Positions 8,410 to 15,515 of a DNA stretch of 64,000 bases are shown piece by piece. A model generated the notes under the pieces. That model saw only the letters and a list, made by a program, of their open reading frames with translations. It was not told the origin of the DNA and ran no database searches. The DNA lies in the NCBI GenBank assembly GCA_050951805.1, contig JBMNJT010000002.1, forward strand, positions 1,024,001-1,088,000. The letters run 5' to 3'. A program made the position numbers and the translations under genes. Each line of letters starts with the position of its first letter. Within the stretch, counting starts at the first letter, position 1. This DNA comes from Bacillota bacterium. GTDB taxonomy: Bacteria; Bacillota; DTU025.

Positions 8410-9654
8410 CTATTTTTTCACTCTGAAGCCGAATGCCCGGGGCTTGGAAAGAAGCGCTAGCGCCGCCATAATGGATGCCCCTATGGCTGCGGTTTTGGCA
8501 AGCATTGTGCAGGAGTAGCTGACTGTGGCCAAGAAACCGGGCGAGCTGGAGAGGCCGGGAATGGCTATTGTCTGCTGGGCGGCCCATGGAACTATCTTGA
8601 GCATGATAGCTGTCACTATGGCAGCAAGTACTGCATGCACTATTCTGGCGAAGAAGTATGGCGTGAGTCGAATATCAGTGCCAAAGAGCATGCTCGCAAC
8701 CTGAGCAAATACGGAAAGCCCGCTCCACGCGATTATTGCGCTCGCCGCTATTGCCTTCTGGGCGATGCTGGCGGTGGCGCGGCTTGCCATTTCTGTGCCT
8801 ATTGTAATCTCAAAGAAACCGCCTACGAGTGAAGCCACCAAATCCTGCGGGACGCCGAGTGGAGCAAGCACAGCTATGAGTGGCGCGGAGAGCAAGTCTG
8901 TGATGTGAAACACCGTGAGAACGCGAATCACAACGGAAAATATCATTATGCACCCGCCAACGAGAAGCAGCGTTCCTACGGAGTCCTTTACTGCGTCTCC
9001 GAAGATTTGCCCGAATGATCTGTTGTCTTGACTCCTAGCAGTGTACAGTTCATGGGCTGCACGGGAGAGCAGCGACTCTTCCCTCTGGTATTCTTCTGTC
9101 CTTCTCCTCTTATCGCTCTCTCCATAGGACTTAAGCAGAAAGCCAAGGAGTATAGCTGAAACATAGTGAGAAGCCGCGAGAATCGGGCCAAGACCGGGAA
9201 GTTGGAACATTCCCACGGCCACGGCGCCCACCATGAAAAGCGGATCAGCGGTATTGGTGAAAGAGACAAGGCGTTCGGCTTCAACCCTGGAACACAGACC
9301 TTCTCTTCGGAGCCTTGCTGTTATGCGTGCGCCTATAGGATACCCGGATGCGAGCCCCATGGCCAAGGCGAATGCTCCTACTCCAGGAACGCCGAATAGG
9401 GGCTTCATGAGCGGCTCTAGGAGTGCCCCGATGAAGTGCACGACGCCGAGGCCCATCAAGGTGTCTGAAGCGATGAAAAATGGAAGAAGGGCAGGGAACA
9501 CTATGTTCCACCAGAGGCGTAGGCCATCTAGGGAAGCTTGAAACGCTTGTTCAGGGAGAGCGATTATAGCGATAGTGATGAATGAGGCCAATGCGGCGAC
9601 GAGATATGCATTTCGCCGGTTCGGTTCCAAGCTCGGCTTCATAGGAGCATACAC
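8410..9654 (-). CDS. ylbJ: Sporulation integral membrane protein YlbJ
   Basis: GLRLWWNIVFPALLPFF, LEPLMKPLFGVPG.G, SGYPIGA, EAERL.SF and AWSGLSV.AQ. Start is 9654 (GTG) or 9642 (ATG). Confidence 0.9.
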   Translation of the reverse strand: MYAPMKPSLEPNRRNAYLVAALASFITIAIIALPEQAFQASLDGLRLWWNIVFPALLPFFIASDTLMGLGVVHFIGALLEPLMKPLFGVPGVGAFALAMGLASGYPIGARITARLRREGLCSRVEAERLVSFTNTADPLFMVGAVAVGMFQLPGLGPILAASHYVSAILLGFLLKSYGESDKRRRTEEYQREESLLSRAAHELYTARSQDNRSFGQIFGDAVKDSVGTLLLVGGCIMIFSVVIRVLTVFHITDLLSAPLIAVLAPLGVPQDLVASLVGGFFEITIGTEMASRATASIAQKAIAASAIIAWSGLSVFAQVASMLFGTDIRLTPYFFARIVHAVLAAIVTAIMLKIVPWAAQQTIAIPGLSSSPGFLATVSYSCTMLAKTAAIGASIMAALALLSKPRAFGFRVKK

Positions 9655-9683
9655 TTCCTTTCGTGCTGTGGGTCGTCCTCAGA

Positions 9684-9712
9684 TCTATATTTGCCAGAGC
9701 TCTTGCATATGC
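9684..9712 (-). promoter_or_regulatory. Possible SigE-type promoter of ylbJ
   Basis: Minus strand gcATA-16 nt-aATAtaga resembles the SigE pattern ATA-N16/18-cATAcanT; ylbJ is SigE-dependent in B. subtilis. Confidence 0.3.
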
Positions 9713-9713
9713 T

Positions 9714-9740
9714 GAAGGATTTTACGGCGTTCGGTAGAAA
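9714..9740 (+). promoter_or_regulatory. SigH-type promoter upstream of the LysM gene
   Basis: GAAGGATTT-N11-GTAGAAA, one mismatch in the -10. Confidence 0.5.
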
Positions 9741-9774
9741 TACGGGTAAGGCGTTATTTTGGGAGGCGAGAAGG

Positions 9775-10659
9775 GTGTGGCATCGGTTTCGCTTGATTTT
9801 GCTGCCTCTGTTGGCCGCGTTCTGCGTTGTATTGCTTCTTTGGGCATGTCCGGGGGCAAACGCTTCTGCTGTCACGCTGCGAAAGGGAGATCGAGGCGAA
9901 AACGTGTACGAACTCCAAGAGCAACTGGCGCTTGCAGGCTATCTCGACGGTGAAGCCGATGGGGTTTTTGGCAACGCCACCTATGCCGCAGTGATTCGTT
10001 TTCAGAATGATGTTGGTCTGACGCCAGACGGCATCGTCGGCCCTAACACATGGAGTTCTCTTGCACAGAAGGCACAGTCGGCATCATACAGCAAGTATGT
10101 GGTGGCCAAGGGCGACACAATGTATGCTATTGCCAAGAAATTCGGAGTGACTGTGGAAGAGATAGCGGCGGCCTCTGGGGTCTTGCGGCCTGAACTGATC
10201 AACCCCGGCCAGGAACTGAAGATCCCAATTTGCGCGTCTGCAGCCTCACGCGGCACCTCGGGCAGAGCCAACGCCGAACTTCTCCATTGGGATGTGGCGA
10301 AGACTATATTTACCGCCCGGGCTACTATCATTGATTGTGCTACAGGGCTCTCGTTTCAGGTACAGAGGCGTGGAGGACATAATCACGCTGACGCTGAACC
10401 GTTGACGGCGGCTGATACTGCGATACTGAAGCAGATATACGGCGGAAAATGGAGTTGGTCCAGAAGAGCTGTTATCGTATTAGTCGGGGACAGACGAATT
10501 GCCGCTTCGATCAATGGGATGCCGCACGGAGGTTGCCTTATCAAGGACAACAACTTCGATGGCCACTTCTGTGTTCATTTCTTGGGCAGTCGAACCCATG
10601 CCAGCGCTTTGCTGGATCCTGATCATCAGAGGATGGTCAATGTTGCGGCCGGTTTGTAG
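9775..10659 (+). CDS. Secreted peptidoglycan-binding protein: signal peptide, PG_binding_1, LysM and an uncharacterised His/Cys-rich C-terminal domain
   Basis: SD GGGAGG at 9761-9766 before GTG 9775; signal peptide ending ASA; LRKGDRG..V.ELQ..L..DGVFG..T..AV..FQ...GL.PDGIVGP.TW; YVVAKGDTMYAIAKKFGVTV...INPGQELKIP. Confidence 0.85.
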   Translation: MWHRFRLILLPLLAAFCVVLLLWACPGANASAVTLRKGDRGENVYELQEQLALAGYLDGEADGVFGNATYAAVIRFQNDVGLTPDGIVGPNTWSSLAQKAQSASYSKYVVAKGDTMYAIAKKFGVTVEEIAAASGVLRPELINPGQELKIPICASAASRGTSGRANAELLHWDVAKTIFTARATIIDCATGLSFQVQRRGGHNHADAEPLTAADTAILKQIYGGKWSWSRRAVIVLVGDRRIAASINGMPHGGCLIKDNNFDGHFCVHFLGSRTHASALLDPDHQRMVNVAAGL

Positions 10660-10708
10660 GCCAGAGCCCCTTTATGCTCGCGTCAACTCGTCAGGGGCGT
10701 GCCTGCCT

Positions 10709-10736
10709 AACATGGTGTATGCCATGTTTTCTTTTT
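10709..10736 (+). terminator. Probable terminator after the LysM gene
   Basis: AACATGG-tgtatg-CCATGTT followed by TTCTTTTT. Confidence 0.45.
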
Positions 10737-10761
10737 CAAAGGTTAGGAGGTCATCGGTGTA

Positions 10762-11973
10762 ATGAAGATCCTGGTAATCAACTGTGGAAGCTCATCATTG
10801 AAGTATCAGCTGTTCGACATGGATGAGGAGAAGTGTCTTGCTCGTGGAGGCGTGGAGCGGGTCGGGTCGCCGGATGCGTTCATGACCCATACACGGATCG
10901 GACATGACAAGGTAAAGCGTGATGTAGATGCTCCGGATCATGAGCGTGCGTTGAAATACGTATTTGACGCCCTTGTAGATCCGGAGACTGGAGTAATAGG
11001 CAGCCTGTCTGATATCTCTGCGATTGGACACAGGGTAGTCCATGGTGGCGAAAGGTTTGCCAGTTCGGTCATGATAGATGAAGAAGTCATGAAAGCTTTG
11101 CATGAATGCCAGGACCTGGCACCTCTGCATAATCCCCCTAACATAATGGGAATTGAGGCTTGCCGTAGGCTCATGCCTGATCTGCCAATGGTAGGAGTCT
11201 TTGATACTGCCTTCCATCAGACCATGCCGAAAGAGGCCTATATGTATGGCTTACCATATGACATGTATGTGAACCATGGAGTGAGGCGTTACGGTTTCCA
11301 CGGCACTTCACATAGATACGTCTCACAACGTGCCGCTATCCTCATGAAAAGGCCTATAGAAGAACTCTCCCTGGTGACATGCCATCTTGGGAATGGATCG
11401 AGCATAGCAGCGGTGAAACGGGGAAAGTCCATCGATACAAGCATGGGTTTTACTCCCTTGGAAGGGCTGGTCATGGGAACGAGATCTGGCGATCTGGACC
11501 CTGCCGTCGTATCTTTCCTCTGTGAGCAACTGGACAAGAGCGCGAGCGAGATAGTGTTGGGGTATCTCAACAAAAACTCAGGAGTGCTGGGCCTTTCGGG
11601 AGGGCTATCCAACGATTTCCGGGATCTTGAGAAGGCCGCTGCGGAAGGGCATCAATTGGCCAGACTGGCTCTGGATGTGTTTGCTTATAGGGTGGTAAAA
11701 TACATTGGAGCTTACGCTGCTGCTATGGGCAGCATTGATGGAATAGTATTCACTGCTGGGGTGGGGGAGAATTCGTCGGACATGCGCAGAAGAATATGTG
11801 ATCGGCTGCAGCTGTTCGGGATTGAACTGGACGAGAAAAAGAATAGTGCAAGGGGTGTGGAGCAGATCATATCAACGCCCGAGTCTCGCGTGACTGTCAT
11901 GGCTATACCTACCAACGAGGAGATCATGATCGCGCGCGACACTGCGGAGATCGTTAGCGCGCTGGGAGCTTGA
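10762..11973 (+). CDS. ackA: Acetate kinase
   Basis: MKILVINCGSSSLKYQL, GHRVVHGGE, LAPLHNP, FDTAFH, RYGFHGTSH and PTNEE. Confidence 0.98.
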   Translation: MKILVINCGSSSLKYQLFDMDEEKCLARGGVERVGSPDAFMTHTRIGHDKVKRDVDAPDHERALKYVFDALVDPETGVIGSLSDISAIGHRVVHGGERFASSVMIDEEVMKALHECQDLAPLHNPPNIMGIEACRRLMPDLPMVGVFDTAFHQTMPKEAYMYGLPYDMYVNHGVRRYGFHGTSHRYVSQRAAILMKRPIEELSLVTCHLGNGSSIAAVKRGKSIDTSMGFTPLEGLVMGTRSGDLDPAVVSFLCEQLDKSASEIVLGYLNKNSGVLGLSGGLSNDFRDLEKAAAEGHQLARLALDVFAYRVVKYIGAYAAAMGSIDGIVFTAGVGENSSDMRRRICDRLQLFGIELDEKKNSARGVEQIISTPESRVTVMAIPTNEEIMIARDTAEIVSALGA

Positions 11974-11995
11974 TCCCGGCAGGGGTGGTATTGAG

Positions 11996-12505
11996 GTGCA
12001 GATAGATGTTGAGGGGCTCAGGGAGGAAAAGGGGTCCAATATGTCGATTGACATGGCGGAGGATTTCCCTTCGATTGATCTGATTCGCTCGGAGCTCGTG
12101 TTTATTGAACCGGTCAGATTTGTGGGGCAAGCCACTAATACGGGACGCCGAATCGTTGTAACTGGGATAGCATACGGTCGCGCGCGTGCAACGTGTGACA
12201 GATGCCTATCGGAATTTGAGTTGCCTTTGGAATCGTCCATTCTGGAGACTTACTACAGATCCGACGAGGCCCCTGATTCCCCCGACGAAGATGAGCGGGA
12301 GTATGGGGAGGATAATATTGTCGATATAGCCCCGGCAATCGAGCAAGCCTTCATTCTTTTGCTTCCAATCAGGATAGTGTGTGACGAAGGATGCAAGGGG
12401 TTGTGCCCGCAATGTGGCCACAACTTGAACTGGGGCGATTGTTCGTGCCCTCCCGATGAGAGCTGGGGCTTGTTTCAGAGGGCAAAGATTATCCACAAAG
12501 AGTGA
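11996..12505 (+). CDS. yceD: YceD/DUF177 family protein (23S rRNA accumulation)
   Basis: CDRCL and C...CKGLCPQCG.NLN..C.C; upstream of rpmF. Confidence 0.9.
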   Translation: MQIDVEGLREEKGSNMSIDMAEDFPSIDLIRSELVFIEPVRFVGQATNTGRRIVVTGIAYGRARATCDRCLSEFELPLESSILETYYRSDEAPDSPDEDEREYGEDNIVDIAPAIEQAFILLLPIRIVCDEGCKGLCPQCGHNLNWGDCSCPPDESWGLFQRAKIIHKE

Positions 12506-12615
12506 AAACAACACTGTTTCGTTCTGGATGTGGTAGGGCTTTGATGCTGACACGGTTGGCGATACTCTCATGCCCTCGAACGGCACGGAGAGTATGGAGA
12601 CCTGGCGAAGAAAAC

Positions 12616-12644
12616 TTGCCTGCTTCGTCCAAGAGTAGTACAAT
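12616..12644 (+). promoter_or_regulatory. SigA-type promoter of rpmF
   Basis: TTGCCT-17 nt-TACAAT. Confidence 0.6.
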
Positions 12645-12668
12645 ATCATAGCTTAATCATGATTGAAT

Positions 12669-12724
12669 GGAGGTGGAGAGGTTTCCTCGGGGCGCGCGGT
12701 TTGTGCCTCGACGAAACCAAGAAT
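12669..12724 (+). promoter_or_regulatory. rpmF 5' leader: SD GGAGGTG separated from the start codon by a 39-nt hairpin
   Basis: GGAGGTG (12669-75), gaga, hairpin GGTTTC.TCGGGGCGC-loop-GTGCCTCGA.GAAACC (12680-12718), aagaat, ATG (12725). Confidence 0.6.
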
Positions 12725-12907
12725 ATGCCTGCTGTTCCAAAACAGAAATCCGGCAAGTCGCGCACTCGTAAGCGTCGCGCAAACTGGAAAGCTGAGGCCC
12801 CGACCCTCTCCGTTTGCCCACAGTGCAAGAAACCCAGGCTGCCCCATAGGGCATGCCCGGAGTGCGGATATTACGGGGGTCGCACAGTTATTGATGTTTC
12901 AGAGTAA
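12725..12907 (+). CDS. rpmF: 50S ribosomal protein bL32
   Basis: (MP)AVPKQKSGKSRTRKRRA..CPQC...LPHRACPECGYY. Confidence 0.96.
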   Translation: MPAVPKQKSGKSRTRKRRANWKAEAPTLSVCPQCKKPRLPHRACPECGYYGGRTVIDVSE

Positions 12908-12928
12908 TTCTTCAACCTAAGGGTGCAG

Positions 12929-12992
12929 AGCGGATTCATTCGGACGCGCGTAGTTCGGCTGAACCCGCTTTCAGCTTTTGTTGAGCTTTTTT
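12929..12992 (+). terminator. Hairpin and T-tracts between rpmF and plsX
   Basis: Imperfect stem AGCGG.TTCA...TGAA.CCGCT followed by T-rich sequence. Confidence 0.4.
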
Positions 12993-13006
12993 GGGGGGTT
13001 ATCCAT

Positions 13007-14014
13007 ATGCGGATAGCTGTTGACGTCATGGGAGGCGACATGGGGCCGGCTGAGATGATCCCGGGAGCGTTGATGGCCCGTGATCAGTATGGGGCCCAAG
13101 TGATTTTTGTGGGCGACGAGGAGACGATAAAGGCGCACCTGAAGGAGAACGGACGGGATGAATCTGACATAGAGATCGTGCACGCGGCAGACTCGATATC
13201 CATGGATGAGGACCCTCTTGCGGCTGTGCGCCACAAGCGCGACTCCTCAATGGTCGTAGCAGCTAAGCTTGTCCGTGAGAAAAAGGCGCAAGCAGCGGTC
13301 ACTTCTGGCAGCACAGGGGCTCTCGTTGCGGCCGGGCCTCTCGTTGTAGGGCGGCTTAAGGGGGCATCGAGGCCAGCTCTGGCAACGCCTATCCCGACCG
13401 TTGGAGGTCATCCTTGCGTTATCCTTGACATCGGCGCTAATCCGGAGTGTCAAGCGAAGAATCTGTTGGAGTTCGCGATTATGGGATCAGCTTATGCTTC
13501 GGCGCTTCTCGGAATAGATAATCCCAGCATCGGTTTGCTGTCGAACGGCACTGAAGCTAGCAAGGGAACTTCGGTGATTGTCCAGGCGAATCAGATGCTG
13601 TCCGGGTCGGGCCTGAACTTCGTGGGCAATATCGAAGCCCGTTCGATCTTCTATGGAGAAGCTGACGTCGTTGTAATGGACGGTTTTGCTGGTAATGTCG
13701 TCCTCAAGCTTTCTGAGGGTCTCGGATCAGCCATTTTCGACATGGTGAAAGAGGAGATGAGCAAGGGCTGCATGGTGAAAGCAGGAGCTCTTCTCGTGAA
13801 ACCTGCGCTAAAGAGTGTCAAGAGGAGGATGGATTATTCAGAATATGGGGGCGCTCCTCTCTTGGGCCTGTCCGGTCTGCTTGTCAAGGCCCATGGAAGC
13901 TCCAATCGTAAGGCGTTTGCCAACGCTATCAGAGTCACTTCCGAACTGCTTGATAGAGGACTTGTTGAGAAGATGTCCCAGTCTCTTTCGGCCATGGTTG
14001 ACGGCGAGGCTTGA
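13007..14014 (+). CDS. plsX: Phosphate acyltransferase PlsX
   Basis: MRIAVDVMGGD, SSM, RPAL, LDIGAN, DGFAGNV.LK..EG, EYGGAPLLG and KAHGSS. Confidence 0.96.
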   Translation: MRIAVDVMGGDMGPAEMIPGALMARDQYGAQVIFVGDEETIKAHLKENGRDESDIEIVHAADSISMDEDPLAAVRHKRDSSMVVAAKLVREKKAQAAVTSGSTGALVAAGPLVVGRLKGASRPALATPIPTVGGHPCVILDIGANPECQAKNLLEFAIMGSAYASALLGIDNPSIGLLSNGTEASKGTSVIVQANQMLSGSGLNFVGNIEARSIFYGEADVVVMDGFAGNVVLKLSEGLGSAIFDMVKEEMSKGCMVKAGALLVKPALKSVKRRMDYSEYGGAPLLGLSGLLVKAHGSSNRKAFANAIRVTSELLDRGLVEKMSQSLSAMVDGEA

Positions 14015-14106
14015 GACTGGACGCAATGGCATTGGGTACGGGCTTGAAATGAAGGTAATTGCTTTATAAGATGGGATTGAATATCCTTGCATGGAGGTGG
14101 TCAGTT

Positions 14107-14364
14107 TTGACTGAAGCTGAAATACTTGCTAAAGTTCGTGAGATCGTCTCCGACAAGCTTGGTGTTGCAGAGGAGGAGATCTGTCGCGAGTCGGATTTCA
14201 TTGACGATCTTGGCGCCGACTCGCTGTACCTCAACGAAATCGTGTACGAAATTGAAGAGGAATTCGACCTGCGTGTGCCCGACGAAGACTTCGATTCCAT
14301 GAGAACTGTAGGTCAGGCTGTCGACTATATATACAACCGTGTGCGCGACGATCGAGATCGATAA
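14107..14364 (+). CDS. acpP: Acyl carrier protein (divergent helix II)
   Basis: DDLGADSL phosphopantetheine site, EEEF..PDE and TVG.AVDYI; SD GGAGGTG before TTG. Confidence 0.92.
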   Translation: MTEAEILAKVREIVSDKLGVAEEEICRESDFIDDLGADSLYLNEIVYEIEEEFDLRVPDEDFDSMRTVGQAVDYIYNRVRDDRDR

Positions 14365-15073
14365 AGTTTCGGCTGTTCTCGGCCTCGAGTTTGAAGACAA
14401 ATCTCTTCTAGTTAGGGCGTTGACCCATACGTCTTATGCAGCAGAGCATGGCCAGGATCGGGCTTTATCAAACGAGCGCCTTGAGTTTCTTGGCGATGCG
14501 ATTCTCAAAGCCGTTATGGCGGAGCAGCTGATGACTCTCATGGAAGATGCAGACGAGGGCAGGTTGTCGAAGGTATCTGCTCAGGCAGTGAGCGGGCAGG
14601 CCTTGGCACGGGCCGCCGTCGATCTTGGAGTCTCCGATTTTATCATGTTGGGGCATGGCGAAGAATCGAGCGGCGGCAGGTGTCGACAGAGAAACTTGGC
14701 AGGCGCTATGGAGGCCATTATTGGCGCCGTATATCTCGACTCCGGCTTCGACGAGGCCAGATCTTTCATCATTCGGGCACTGGCAAGCGAAATCCATGAT
14801 GCTATTACCGGTCCTGAGAACGACCACAAGACTGCTTTTCAAGAAGCAGTGCAGGCCAGATCTTTGGGCCAGGCGTCTTACAGAACGGTCAAGAGCGAAG
14901 GCCCGCCCCACAAACCCTGGTTTACGGTGGAGGCGTTGATTGCCGACAGGGTAGTTGGAACGGGAGAAGGTCCGAGCAAACGCGCCGCAGAACAGGAAGC
15001 AGCCAAGGATGGGCTGAGAATGCTCGAGAACGGCGAATCTGCATGGGTCAACTGCGCTTCTGACGATGAATGA
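14339..15073 (+). CDS. rnc: Ribonuclease III
   Basis: ALTHTSY, NERLEFLGDAIL, EAIIGAVYLD and a dsRBD (GPPH..F, G.G.SK..AEQ.AA); start uncertain. Confidence 0.96.
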   Translation: MCATIEIDKVSAVLGLEFEDKSLLVRALTHTSYAAEHGQDRALSNERLEFLGDAILKAVMAEQLMTLMEDADEGRLSKVSAQAVSGQALARAAVDLGVSDFIMLGHGEESSGGRCRQRNLAGAMEAIIGAVYLDSGFDEARSFIIRALASEIHDAITGPENDHKTAFQEAVQARSLGQASYRTVKSEGPPHKPWFTVEALIADRVVGTGEGPSKRAAEQEAAKDGLRMLENGESAWVNCASDDE

Positions 15074-15165
15074 GAACTCTCCAGTTGTGCCTGGCGACAA
15101 TGGCGAAGCGGAGACAGTCGGCGCTTGTGCGTCGGCATATATGTACGTTTCGGGGGGAGTGCGAC

Positions 15166-15426
15166 TTGGAGGTTTTGAAAGTATCTGGCCAGTCAAACCC
15201 AAAAGCTGTTGCTGGGGCGCTGGCCGCGATTGTCAGGGACCAAGGTTCGGTGCAGGTGAATGCGGTGGGCGCAGCGGCTGTGAACCAGGCAGTAAAGGCA
15301 ATAACTATTGCAAGGGGTTTCGTGGCGCCAAACGGAATCGATTTGGTGACCGTGCCTGCATTTTCTGAGATCGAAATAGACGGAGAGGAACGCACGGCTA
15401 TAAGGTTCATCGTGATGCCGCGGTAG
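15166..15426 (+). CDS. spoVS: Stage V sporulation protein S
   Basis: (M)EVLKVS..SNP..VAGALA, AVNQAVKAI.IARGF and GEERTAI; SD before TTG 15166. Confidence 0.95.
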   Translation: MEVLKVSGQSNPKAVAGALAAIVRDQGSVQVNAVGAAAVNQAVKAITIARGFVAPNGIDLVTVPAFSEIEIDGEERTAIRFIVMPR

Positions 15427-15454
15427 CGGGCAATACTAACTTTGAAAGATCAAT

Positions 15455-15490
15455 CGGCAAAGGCTGCGCCGCTTGGCGCGGCTTTTGCTG
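15455..15490 (+). terminator. Terminator-like hairpin after spoVS
   Basis: CGGCAAAGGCTGCGCC-gctt-GGCGCGGCTTTTGCTG. Confidence 0.55.
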
Positions 15491-15515
15491 AGTGTACGTC
15501 ATGGGAGGGCCGAAC

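Noticed and set aside
14015-14060. ALGTG peptide after plsX as a fabH remnant
   Set aside because: Five residues is too little evidence, and the region is also explained by a possible acpP promoter (TTGAAA-17-TAAGAT)
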